A stretch of 55,170 nt of DNA. Origin: a virus. How positions within the stretch are numbered: position 1 is the first letter of the stretch; the number at the start of each line of letters is the position of its first letter. Under the pieces are notes generated by a model. It saw only the letters and a program-made list of their open reading frames with translations, was not told the origin of the DNA and ran no database searches. Position numbers and translations under genes: made by a program. Below are positions 1 through 8,190 of this stretch, piece by piece. Location of the stretch: the IMG/VR virus record IMGVR_UViG_3300045988_134649. The stretch is one strand, 5' to 3'.

Positions 1-48
1 AGTTTAGTTTTTGTGTGAAGCACTTCCTCCGTAAGCGAACGCTGGAAG
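1..48. repeat. Terminal direct repeat, left copy (48 bp, identical to 55123..55170)
   Basis: agtttagtttttgtgtgaagcacttcctccgtaagcgaacgctggaag occurs verbatim at both ends of the window. This fits a circular or terminally redundant genome, or an att duplication. Confidence 0.95.
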
Positions 49-60
49 TGCTTTTGTTTT
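17..60 (+). terminator. Rho-independent terminator-like hairpin spanning the repeat boundary
   Basis: 10-bp stem AAGCACTTCC (18-27) / GGAAGTGCTT (44-53), 16-nt loop, then TTTTGTTTT. If the genome is circular it lies downstream of the last + strand gene (54757..55032). Confidence 0.6.
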
Positions 61-191
61 AGGTGTATCAAGCACTTACGAAAAAAGCAGATTTCCATCA
101 TTTCGCAGCAGGTTGCAAAATTTGATTGTCGGACAATTGTCGGACAGTATTTTTTAATAACCAAATTGTCGCAACTTTATTAAACAAAAAG

Positions 192-1364
192 ATGGCAACA
201 CTTAAACTTTGTATCGTACCAGCTAAAGTGCTTATCAACGGAAAGCACAAAGTAAGAATATCTCTGGCACACAACTCCGGTACCAGGTACATTCCTACAA
301 ACTGTATCATCGATGACTTGTCCCAATTTAAAGACGGTCAAGTTGTCAATCACCCCGAAGCTGCATCTATGAACATGAAGCTCCGAAACCTGCTCAACCA
401 TTACCAAAAAGTCATAGACAACATCTATGATGTGGATGTATATTCATGTTCCGAACTCCGGGAAATCATCATCAAGAAGAAAGACCATACCAATGCCAAA
501 TTCTCCTCAGCTATGAATTCTTATCTATCTGAACTCGCAGAAGAGAAAAGAAGTAAATCAGAGAAGTTATATAGGCTATCCTGCCAGTCCTTCATTAAGT
601 CACAAGGTGACTTATTACTTTCTATGATTACACCTCGGAATATAAAGCATTTCGAGATGGACCTTGAGGATAAGAGGTTATCCCCTACCACTATCAAAAT
701 ATATCTGACATTACTCAAAGTGATTATCAACTATGCAAAGAAGCACAATATGGTGAAATATGAGATTGACCCTTTCGAGTTCTGCCGAATGCCATCCGCT
801 AATATTCGTGAACTAGACCTTACTATTGACGAAGTAAAAGCTATCCGGGATATGGAAATTCCCAAATACAACATAGGTGTAGTACGCGACATATTTATGC
901 TAAGTTATTACCTCGGTGGAATCAACCTTATAGATATGCTTGACATTGATTTCCGTAAAGATTGGATAGAATATTACCGACGGAAAACAAAGAACAAGAA
1001 AAGCGGTGAAAGCAAAACCGCATTTTCAATCCAACCGGAAGCCAGAGAAATCATAAACAAATACATGCAAAAAAACGGAAAACTTGTGTTTGGCAAGTAC
1101 AAAACATTCGGGCAATGCTACTCCGTGGTATCACGTAAAATGGAAGAACTTGCCAAGATAGCTGGCATAAAGAAACATGTGATATATTATTCAGCCCGTA
1201 AATCATTCGTCCAGCACGGATTTGAATTAGGTATCTCCCTAGAAATACTTGAATACTGCATCGGCCAGTCGATGAAAACCAATAGACCAATATTCAACTA
1301 TTTTAGGGTCATGCGAAAACATGCGGATGATGCAATGAGAAAAATCTTCGACAGTCTAAAGTGA
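192..1364 (+). CDS. int: Tyrosine recombinase / integrase (Bacteroidota type, divergent active site)
   Basis: Start taken at MATLKLCIVP (ATG 192). The N-terminal arm-binding-like segment and SAM-like core resemble Bacteroides integrases. C-terminal box II-like YYSARKSF and ...NYFRV (candidate catalytic Tyr). Adjacent to the terminal repeat. Confidence 0.8.
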   Translation: MATLKLCIVPAKVLINGKHKVRISLAHNSGTRYIPTNCIIDDLSQFKDGQVVNHPEAASMNMKLRNLLNHYQKVIDNIYDVDVYSCSELREIIIKKKDHTNAKFSSAMNSYLSELAEEKRSKSEKLYRLSCQSFIKSQGDLLLSMITPRNIKHFEMDLEDKRLSPTTIKIYLTLLKVIINYAKKHNMVKYEIDPFEFCRMPSANIRELDLTIDEVKAIRDMEIPKYNIGVVRDIFMLSYYLGGINLIDMLDIDFRKDWIEYYRRKTKNKKSGESKTAFSIQPEAREIINKYMQKNGKLVFGKYKTFGQCYSVVSRKMEELAKIAGIKKHVIYYSARKSFVQHGFELGISLEILEYCIGQSMKTNRPIFNYFRVMRKHADDAMRKIFDSLK

Positions 1365-1564
1365 TTGTTCTTGGCGAAAGCTATTGCCTCGGCAGTAGCT
1401 TCTTCCCTCTCCTTTTCTATGTCGGAGTTCAAGCGGTCTATTAAGTCCATATTTCCCGTCAGCGCGGTTTTCACACAATCGGAAAACGTGACTGTCAACT
1501 GATAGTGACCGTAACCAATAAAGGACTTAGTGAGTTTCGGAAAGGATGATTCAAGTTTACCCAT
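1298..1564 (-). CDS. Hypothetical small protein (doubtful)
   Basis: 88-aa ORF whose last 67 nt overlap the integrase 3' end on the opposite strand. No recognisable motif. Confidence 0.3.
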   Translation of the reverse strand: MGKLESSFPKLTKSFIGYGHYQLTVTFSDCVKTALTGNMDLIDRLNSDIEKEREEATAEAIAFAKNNHFRLSKIFLIASSACFRMTLK

Positions 1565-1811
1565 AACGCAACCGGATTAAGGAGCGGAAAAAAGAACGGT
1601 TCCGCTTTCCCGTTGCGTTACATACCAAGACAGGCACAGTGCCACCATTACAGCGACAACACGGGGGTCGGAACCGTATAAGAAAAACCACGGGCATTAT
1701 AAAAACACCCGTGATAGACCGGTCAGAATTCCTACCTGTCTCTTAAAAGTATGTAACGCACTGCAAATATGGAAAAAATATGCGAAATAACGAAAATAAT
1801 TCATGCAATAG

Positions 1812-1842
1812 TTGTTTAATAACCAAAAGATTATTATCTTTG
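1812..1842 (+). promoter_or_regulatory. Candidate Bacteroides-type promoter (-7 box TAtcTTTG)
   Basis: TATCTTTG at 1835-1842 matches the TAnnTTTG -7 consensus about 28 nt upstream of the 1870 start. The upstream TTG at 1812-1814 is only a weak -33 element. Confidence 0.35.
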
Positions 1843-1869
1843 TAATGTCAAATAACAAAAGTAACCAAC

Positions 1870-2052
1870 ATGAGTAACGAACAAATTAAAAAGGACCTGC
1901 TTATACAAAGAGCATTCCTCAAAAAAGAATTAGACCAGCTAAGGTTTATTGCCGAAGTTACCGGAACTAACCAGGAAAAAGAGATTGATAAAAGATTAGA
2001 CCGATTACTGACAATCGACAAAATATTGAAAGAGTTAGAAAAAAAGAAGTAA
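1870..2052 (+). CDS. Hypothetical coiled-coil protein (60 aa)
   Basis: Charged heptad-like sequence. First gene of a short + strand pair after the promoter-like motif. Confidence 0.5.
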   Translation: MSNEQIKKDLLIQRAFLKKELDQLRFIAEVTGTNQEKEIDKRLDRLLTIDKILKELEKKK

Positions 2053-2095
2053 AACAAAGTCCCTCTCTCCGGAGAGGGCACTAAAAAACAAATAT

Positions 2096-2500
2096 ATGGC
2101 ACTGAAAGATGAATTACTGGCATTAAAGCCACTACTTGGTACAGACTCTCCAGAGTTCTATACCAAAATGAGAGAAATAGCCGCCAAGTACAATTCGGAA
2201 GAAGATAAAAAAGCTATTGCAGATTTCGTATCAGAACGCTTACAGAACATTGATAGGAAACTGGACGTTATAGAAGAAAGTGCAATCAAATTGCAATTAC
2301 AAGAAGTTGCCGAAATAGTTTCTCTAAGCTATCTTGCGAAAAAGTATTTCAACAAGAGCCGTTCGTGGTTATATCAGAGGTTAAATGGCAATCTGGTAAA
2401 CGGGAAACCGGCACGCTTTACCAAAGAAGAATTACAGACATTCAACAATGCACTACAAGACATATCTCAAAAAATAGGCTCACTTAGTATCTCATATTGA
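2096..2500 (+). CDS. DUF5053-like putative DNA-binding protein
   Basis: C-terminal KYFNKSRSWLYQRLNGNLVNGKPARFTKEELQTFNNALQDISQKIG resembles the Bacteroidota phage/ICE DUF5053 HTH-like signature. This is from memory and was not searched. Confidence 0.5.
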   Translation: MALKDELLALKPLLGTDSPEFYTKMREIAAKYNSEEDKKAIADFVSERLQNIDRKLDVIEESAIKLQLQEVAEIVSLSYLAKKYFNKSRSWLYQRLNGNLVNGKPARFTKEELQTFNNALQDISQKIGSLSISY

Positions 2501-2520
2501 TACTCTGTTATTTGACACCA

Positions 2521-2551
2521 TCCCCGTAGTTGAGCCGCTACGGGGATTTTT
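2521..2551 (+). terminator. Rho-independent terminator
   Basis: 9-bp stem TCCCCGTAG (2521-2529) / CTACGGGGA (2538-2546), 8-nt loop, then TTTTT. Lies between convergent genes. Confidence 0.7.
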
Positions 2552-2554
2552 ATA

Positions 2555-2845
2555 TCAATTACTTATCATCAATTCCCAATTATCCATAATAGTCATATCC
2601 CAACGTGGTACATCAAATTCATTATTGACCGATACCCCATATACAGAAAGACTCTTGCCGGCACTGTCAAACTCAATCAAAGCCGTTTCCTCTCCTTTCT
2701 GGATACGAAGATTCATAAAGTCTGTCATTTGTTCCCAATCGGTAGGGCCGATGAATAATGATTCTATGAGACGCTCTTTCACGGGTGCGCCAATGGCGGT
2801 ATCCTTAATGCGTTCCAAATATAATAAAGCCTCTTTGTAAGTCAT
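2555..2845 (-). CDS. Hypothetical 96-aa protein, last gene of the kinase/receiver cassette
   Basis: Clean ORF co-directional with and downstream of 2903..3928. No motif recognised. Confidence 0.55.
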   Translation of the reverse strand: MTYKEALLYLERIKDTAIGAPVKERLIESLFIGPTDWEQMTDFMNLRIQKGEETALIEFDSAGKSLSVYGVSVNNEFDVPRWDMTIMDNWELMISN

Positions 2846-2902
2846 GGGGCAAAGATAGCAAAATATAGTGAAAAGGGGCGACTATTCAGCCACCCCTTCT
2901 GC

Positions 2903-3928
2903 TCATGGTATATATTTTTGAAGCCTTATTATAATTTTATTATTTGCATACGGAAGTCCACCTATCATATAGGATAAATCACCCCGCTGAAGAACTATAC
3001 TTCCACCATTCATTTCTGTTAGCTTTTTAGCATAATACATGCCTATTCCATACCCATTCAAACTAGCTTTATTAGCCCATGTGCCTGAATAATTTTTCAT
3101 AAAAACAGCTTCAGCCTCACTTTCTTCTATATATAAACTTTGCATTGATATTTCAATAATAACAGATGTTGAATCCGACCGAAACAGAATATTTAATTCT
3201 GATTCTATCCCCATATATTTTGAGGCATTATCCCATATGTGACCCAATACGACAGAAAAAGTTGAATAATCAATTAAAACATCTTCATAACAATTTCCAA
3301 TATTTATATGATTGCTATTTTGAATAAAATCAAGAAAAAAAGGTTGTAAAGTTATACCAACAACCTTATGAATAGAATGTTTCTGTAAATCTAACTCTTC
3401 AATGTTAGAATTAATTAAATCAAACACATTCATTTCAGCATTAATTAATTTTATATTCTTTAGAATCCGGAATAAAGTAAATGCTGTCGTTTCTGGATTA
3501 TCTTGTATATCCTCTTTTATAATATTAATTGTTTCTTTCCAATCTTTTTTGGCAATAGATTCTTGTGGAATTATACTCTCTAGTTCATCTTGAATTTTAG
3601 CATTATAATTATTTATATTATGTCTAAGCACCTTAGAACGAGCTTCTTCCGTTTCACAATCGCCTATTCTACAAAGCTGATTATAGACTAATATCAATAT
3701 ATCTAAAATACGCTTATATTGTTGAGTTGTAATATTCTCATCATATATACACAAATATACAAAACCACTATCGGTATTTTTTTTTCCATGTCTCTTAGTT
3801 TTTTTTAAAATTGGACATGTACAAAACATATTCTCAGCTTTACATTTATCTATTTCCGAATATAGTGTTCGAGGTACATTAGATAAAATAACATTATTTT
3901 GAGAGATAAAATGAAAATATGTGATCAT
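2903..3928 (-). CDS. Soluble histidine-kinase-like protein (HisKA-like H-box + HATPase_c)
   Basis: H-box-like SKVLRHNINNYNAKI, N-box HIWDNASKY, G2-like NGYGIGMYYAKKLTEMNGGSI. No TM segment. Cys-rich N-terminal region of about 95 aa (CKAENMFCTCP). Visibly AT-rich DNA. Confidence 0.75.
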   Translation of the reverse strand: MITYFHFISQNNVILSNVPRTLYSEIDKCKAENMFCTCPILKKTKRHGKKNTDSGFVYLCIYDENITTQQYKRILDILILVYNQLCRIGDCETEEARSKVLRHNINNYNAKIQDELESIIPQESIAKKDWKETINIIKEDIQDNPETTAFTLFRILKNIKLINAEMNVFDLINSNIEELDLQKHSIHKVVGITLQPFFLDFIQNSNHINIGNCYEDVLIDYSTFSVVLGHIWDNASKYMGIESELNILFRSDSTSVIIEISMQSLYIEESEAEAVFMKNYSGTWANKASLNGYGIGMYYAKKLTEMNGGSIVLQRGDLSYMIGGLPYANNKIIIRLQKYIP

Positions 3929-3935
3929 AGCATTT

Positions 3936-4616
3936 TTACATACTGGTAAATAATTGCAATATACTTGCTATAGAAGCTGCATTTTGGATATTAAACGCAG
4001 AAGCTAATTTATCTTCCGTAAAATCTTTCGGATAAATTTTATTAAGTTTCCGTTCTATCTCATTTTCACTCATTGATATATTATATTCATTATAAAGAAT
4101 TCTTTTTATCCGAACTATACAATTTTCCAAACAAAAAGCCTCTTTTGCCAAATGTTCAATAATACTACTAAATTCATATTGATCTGCTGTTTTCCTTATT
4201 CGATAATCAACAAGATTTGCCGCACTATGAAATGAATCAATTTTCCCTTGACTTTCAGCGCTGTACATTACCACCTTCTTATTGGGATATTGTTTTTTAA
4301 TACTAACAATTAGCCCTAGCCCTGCATCTGAATAGCCCATTTTTGTACCGACACCTTGTATATCTACAAAAATAATATGTGCATCCAACACTTCCATTTG
4401 AGATAAACTATCTACATCCTTAATCCATACGGTATTCTTCCAACCGTCTTTATCTCTTAGTCTATCTACCAACTTAAATTTTTGGTCGTCGATAAATAAT
4501 ACCCTACAGCCATTCTTTATATCCTCTAAACTCCTATTGGGCATCTTTTGACGTTTTCTACTAAAAAAGTTATTCCACCAACTCATTTTCTTATATAAAA
4601 ACAATTCAGAAAACAA
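3936..4616 (-). CDS. Receiver (REC) domain protein with uncharacterised C-terminal domain
   Basis: REC signature residues in order: RVLFIDDQ (acidic pair), HIIFVDIQG (phospho-acceptor Asp), KVVMYSA (Ser/Thr), YRIRKT (Lys). About 80 aa of unknown C-terminal extension. The start could instead be Met at 4586 or 4544. Confidence 0.7.
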   Translation of the reverse strand: MFSELFLYKKMSWWNNFFSRKRQKMPNRSLEDIKNGCRVLFIDDQKFKLVDRLRDKDGWKNTVWIKDVDSLSQMEVLDAHIIFVDIQGVGTKMGYSDAGLGLIVSIKKQYPNKKVVMYSAESQGKIDSFHSAANLVDYRIRKTADQYEFSSIIEHLAKEAFCLENCIVRIKRILYNEYNISMSENEIERKLNKIYPKDFTEDKLASAFNIQNAASIASILQLFTSM

Positions 4617-4791
4617 TATATTTTGTTTCTCCTTAATTATAAGTTATTAACTTAGCCCCAAATATAGCATATATAATCCATTTTACACATCATTTTCAGT
4701 ATTTTTGTGTAACAGCTATCACAAACGAACTTAACACTCTACCTTGTATCGGCAACAATCACTTATCTAATAAGCAAGATTTTTTTACATT

Positions 4792-5253
4792 TTACCATAC
4801 AAATAGATTATAACTTATTCCTGCGCCTATATACATGCCGCCCGGATAACCATAACCGACTTGCAACCCTAATCCCCAACGCTTCTTCTTCAACTTGATG
4901 GGGACCGAATGATAGACGTCATTCGTCACCGTCTGATATACCGTCTTCGGATACACCACCATACTATCCAGCCGAGGGTCTACATATCCGCTCACTACCG
5001 CACGATATAAACTATCTGAATACACCACTTGTCGGCGATGAAGCAAGGTATCACCTATCCGTGTCGTATCATCCGGTACGAAGCGCCAGAACACAGCCAT
5101 CGGTGCGGAGATGAGAAGCGTATCAGTCTTGACGATAGTCCTTATCCTCGTCTCGGTTCTGACCTCTGCCGGAGGCTGCTCGTGCGGACGGAACCAAACC
5201 ACCACACAAGCAACTGCCAGCAATACAACCAATATCCACGGTAACCTTTTCAT
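4792..5253 (-). CDS. Membrane-anchored lysis-cassette protein (spanin-like candidate)
   Basis: N-terminal [20 protein letters not shown], Gly-rich C-terminus. Overlaps the endolysin stop by 4 nt. Confidence 0.45.
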   Translation of the reverse strand: MKRLPWILVVLLAVACVVVWFRPHEQPPAEVRTETRIRTIVKTDTLLISAPMAVFWRFVPDDTTRIGDTLLHRRQVVYSDSLYRAVVSGYVDPRLDSMVVYPKTVYQTVTNDVYHSVPIKLKKKRWGLGLQVGYGYPGGMYIGAGISYNLFVW

Positions 5254-5774
5254 TCCTCGAACCTTAAATCGTTAATCCGATTCATCCACCCCCGTTTGAA
5301 TTTATTGTTCGCCGGACGTTTTTTGCATATATCCTCGATGAAGTCGAACCGTGCAATCTTAATCATGTCGAACAACTCACGAGGATTCTTGGCATTCACC
5401 GCGGCAATGGTCTTGGGACCAACAATGCCATCCACAGTAACACCAAGCAAACGTTGAGGAATCTTGATGCCATGTGCACCCGATGCCCACACCCAATCGA
5501 CAAGGATATTCGCCACAGACTGGCTCGTTATCAAATCGGCTTTCCATCTGTCCCAATAATGCGGCTTGAGCACCCGTTTAACGACATCCTCACGGGTAAG
5601 CAGACGCAGGTCATCCACGTCTATATCACCGTCACCGTCCTTGTCATAGCCGCATGACTTCCACGTACCGATAGTCACACCCATATTCGTAGCACCTCCA
5701 AGGTCTGCCGGGTCATTCACGAAACCGCCTTCCCATTTTAGGATAAACGGTGCAAGTTGATTCACATTCGCCAT
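5250..5774 (-). CDS. Endolysin, GH108-type muramidase with PG_binding_3-like C-terminus
   Basis: [28 protein letters not shown] is the GH108 N-terminal signature. [14 protein letters not shown] is a peptidoglycan-binding motif. Confidence 0.85.
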   Translation of the reverse strand: MANVNQLAPFILKWEGGFVNDPADLGGATNMGVTIGTWKSCGYDKDGDGDIDVDDLRLLTREDVVKRVLKPHYWDRWKADLITSQSVANILVDWVWASGAHGIKIPQRLLGVTVDGIVGPKTIAAVNAKNPRELFDMIKIARFDFIEDICKKRPANNKFKRGWMNRINDLRFEE

Positions 5775-5796
5775 TTCAATTTTCCTCCTTATTCAA

Positions 5797-6138
5797 TTAA
5801 TACCCATTTTGCGGTTCTCTATCACCGCACTTCTTTCTCTCACACCGTTTCAGTGCCAGTTCCAGTTTCAGGTCAGAATTAGCCTCCTTCAGTGTAAACA
5901 GCTCATCCTGTGCCTTACGGAGCCGGTCAGTCTGCTCCACAAACCGCTGTTCCTTCTTCGAAAGCTGCTTCTGAAGGAACTCGTTGTACTCCCGTAATGC
6001 CTTGAACTCCTCGACATCAGCATGTGCGTCCTCAATACGCGCGTTGGTCTTACGGGACATCCACCACTTGATAAGCTGCTTGATGCCCTCGATGCCACCG
6101 AGTGCGGTCACCAACATAACCCAATCATTCATATCCAT
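5797..6138 (-). CDS. Holin or lysis-associated TM + coiled-coil protein
   Basis: Single N-terminal TM (WVMLVTALGGIEGIKQLIKWW) followed by a coiled coil. Immediately upstream of the endolysin. Confidence 0.45.
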   Translation of the reverse strand: MDMNDWVMLVTALGGIEGIKQLIKWWMSRKTNARIEDAHADVEEFKALREYNEFLQKQLSKKEQRFVEQTDRLRKAQDELFTLKEANSDLKLELALKRCERKKCGDREPQNGY

Positions 6139-6295
6139 TTCACCAATTCATTTAATAATCTACTAATAACCATATCTTTGTCCGACACCGCACAAATGTA
6201 CATCAGACGAAATCAAACAAGTTGTTGAATTACAATTTTCCACTGACATTCCGTGACAGCAAAAGTAATTGCTTCCACAGCCTCGAAAAAGGACA

Positions 6296-6340
6296 TAAAA
6301 AAAGAGCTCGATGACAACGTAAGTTGCCACCAAGCTCTTG
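6296..6340 (-). terminator. Rho-independent terminator downstream of the invertase genes
   Basis: On the minus strand, AAGAGCT/AGCTCTT stem (6302-6308 / 6333-6339) followed by a U-run (A-run 6297-6303 on the + strand). Confidence 0.6.
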
Positions 6341-6397
6341 GTGTTTATATGCATTTCTATAAGCAAATATAGGAATGCATATTTGAAATCCCATTAC

Positions 6398-6991
6398 TTA
6401 TTGCATCCTTTTTAAATGGTCATCCAATGTTTTAGGATTGCATTTCAATTTTCTACAAATGGCAGCTTTAGAATATCCGTATTCAAGCATAGTTTTAATC
6501 AATCCTTCTTTACCTGTCAGCTTGTAATGCGAGTTATGCCCACCCTTATGCCGCCCTAATTTCTGTCCTTCGGCAACACGCCTGGCAAGACCTTCTTTGG
6601 TCCGTTGCGAAATCAAATCACGCTCAATCTGAGCTGACAGACCAAAAGCGAAGGCAAGTATCTGAGACTGTATATTGTTACCCAACTCATACTTCTCCTT
6701 TACAGTCAGAACAGTGATTTTTTTTTGCATGAGAGTGTTTAGAATGCTCATCACTTCCATCAGACGACGCCCAAGACGACTAATTTCAGAGCAAATAAGG
6801 GTATCGCCCTTCTTGAGCTTCTTTAGTAAGGTGCCAAGCTTCCGTTCTTTTGCAGACTTGGTTCCGGATATGATTTCCGACACCCATTTGTCTATTTGCA
6901 GTTCTCTTATCTTACAAAACCTCCCTATCTCAAATTTCTGATTCTCAACTGTTTGTTTATCTGTACTGACTCTAATATACGCGTAAATCAT
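6398..6991 (-). CDS. Small serine recombinase (resolvase/invertase family), copy 1
   Basis: N-terminal MIYAYIRVSTDKQTVENQ (catalytic Ser motif), RLGRR, C-terminal HTH (GYSKAAICRKLKCNPKTL). 197 aa, typical of DNA invertases. Confidence 0.85.
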   Translation of the reverse strand: MIYAYIRVSTDKQTVENQKFEIGRFCKIRELQIDKWVSEIISGTKSAKERKLGTLLKKLKKGDTLICSEISRLGRRLMEVMSILNTLMQKKITVLTVKEKYELGNNIQSQILAFAFGLSAQIERDLISQRTKEGLARRVAEGQKLGRHKGGHNSHYKLTGKEGLIKTMLEYGYSKAAICRKLKCNPKTLDDHLKRMQ

Positions 6992-7013
6992 TTTTCACGC
7001 AAAGATATAAAAC

Positions 7014-7625
7014 TCAATTACAAGGTAGAAAATAGCACATCCTTATAAGATGCCTATCCAAAGTTATCGGATTACATTGCAGCCTTCTACAAATGGCAGC
7101 TTTGGAATATCCGTATTCAAACATCTTTTTTATTAGCCGTTCCTTTCCAGTCAATTTATAATGGGAATTCTGAACACCTGGTTTTCGCCCAAGCTTCATC
7201 CCCATGGCTACCCGCCTGGCAAGTCCGGCTTTGGTTCTCCTTGATATATCTTCTCGCTCCCTTTGAGCAAATAAGACCTTTAAAAACGTATCTTGCACAG
7301 AATCTGAATCATCTTTAATAAGCTTGTCATCACGGATTTCTACAATATTGGCTTTGGCAATCAGACAATGAGATATGATAGCTATAACCATATACGCACA
7401 GCGTCCAAGCCTTGAAAGTTCCGTAACATATATGGTATCGCCTTTGTCTATCGTATTCAGTATCTTGCCTAATTTCCGTACATTGGGATGCCTGGCACCA
7501 GACACACTCTCTTCAATCCACTTATCTATAATGAGCCCCTTGCGCTTGCAGTATTCAGTTATCTCGTACCGTTGGTTTTCAACGGTCTGTTTCTCACTGC
7601 TCACTCTGATGTAACCGTAATTCAT
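7014..7625 (-). CDS. Small serine recombinase (resolvase/invertase family), copy 2
   Basis: MNYGYIRVSSEKQTVENQ, RLGRC, C-terminal HTH (GYSKAAICRRLQCNPITL). Clear paralog of 6398..6991. Confidence 0.85.
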   Translation of the reverse strand: MNYGYIRVSSEKQTVENQRYEITEYCKRKGLIIDKWIEESVSGARHPNVRKLGKILNTIDKGDTIYVTELSRLGRCAYMVIAIISHCLIAKANIVEIRDDKLIKDDSDSVQDTFLKVLFAQREREDISRRTKAGLARRVAMGMKLGRKPGVQNSHYKLTGKERLIKKMFEYGYSKAAICRRLQCNPITLDRHLIRMCYFLPCN

Positions 7626-7712
7626 AGGATTCTGTTTTTCTCCTTTAAAAGTAAGAATTTATATGCAATTAATAAAGCATCGAACATAAAGTTTTCATAA
7701 TCCGGAGGATTC

Positions 7713-7760
7713 GCCCCTTAAATGTGTTAAGTATGGCAGAGAAGCAGGATATTAGAGAAG
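7713..7760 (+). repeat. Shufflon recombination-site repeat, copy A (+ orientation)
   Basis: GCCCCTTAAATGTgtTAAGtATGGCAGAgAAGCAgGATATTAGAGAA is shared with 8146..8190 (direct) and 9521..9565 (inverted). Confidence 0.75.
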
Positions 7761-8101
7761 AGCAAATGACTGTAACCAACAGTGTGGATTATCTGCGAGG
7801 CTTGAAAGGAAATAACAGCGTGTTGATTAGCGTATTAGATGCTATATCGAATAAGGCAATTGTTAATAAAGGACATGTTAAGACTGACGTCCTTAATATC
7901 GTCGGGAATTATGTTGCATATTCAACATCAGATATTGATGGCAGTGGAATAGATGGTTGTCTTATCTCGATAAATCCGACCGGGCTTGAAGGTGCACAGA
8001 TTAAAGTTGCATATAATATGAGCATAATTAAAGTTAGAGCTGCCTATAATGTCGATGGAGCAGCGAAATGGTCAGATTGGAAGTCAATAACTATTACTTG
8101 A
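7733..8101 (+). CDS. Shufflon cassette A protein (variable, fibre-associated candidate)
   Basis: ATG at 7733 (MAEKQDIREEQM...). The N-terminus is shared with cassettes B and C. The C-terminal WSDWKSITIT is shared with B (WSEWKSVTLT). Confidence 0.6.
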   Translation: MAEKQDIREEQMTVTNSVDYLRGLKGNNSVLISVLDAISNKAIVNKGHVKTDVLNIVGNYVAYSTSDIDGSGIDGCLISINPTGLEGAQIKVAYNMSIIKVRAAYNVDGAAKWSDWKSITIT

Positions 8102-8129
8102 ACTAACTATTTATTTCCTCCTTTCGCTT

Positions 8130-8141
8130 TTCTGCCATACT
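8130..8141 (-). repeat. Partial inverted copy of the shufflon core (TTCTGCCATACT)
   Basis: Reverse complement of AGTATGGCAGAA (8163-8174; also 7730-7740). It flanks cassette A on its 3' side, so cassette A is bracketed by inverted cores. Confidence 0.6.
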
Positions 8142-8145
8142 CTTT

Positions 8146-8190
8146 GCCCCTTAAATGTATTAAGTATGGCAGAACAAGATATTAGAGAAA
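8146..8190 (+). repeat. Shufflon recombination-site repeat, copy B (+ orientation)
   Basis: GCCCCTTAAATGTatTAAGtATGGCAGAaCAAGATATTAGAGAA. Similarity to copy C continues for about 110 bp into the coding region. Confidence 0.75.

Noticed and set aside
126-191. N-terminal extensions offered by the ORF track. Examples: 126-191 on the integrase, 19226-19363 on the protease, 48598-48705 on the ATPase, 31060-31128 on YopX, and 9547-9567 and 7724-7732 on the cassettes.
   Set aside because: The extensions are hydrophobic or odd in composition, and they overlap upstream genes, terminators or the conserved recombination repeat. An internal Met gives family-typical N-termini and tidy gene spacing.
5809-6366. 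Alternate-frame and antisense ORFs (5809..5997, 5889..6098, 5984..6166, 6022..6228, 6163..6366) around the holin-like gene.
   Set aside because: They overlap the 113-aa TM/coiled-coil ORF, which fits the lysis cassette. The ORF at 6163..6366 spans an intergenic terminator region.
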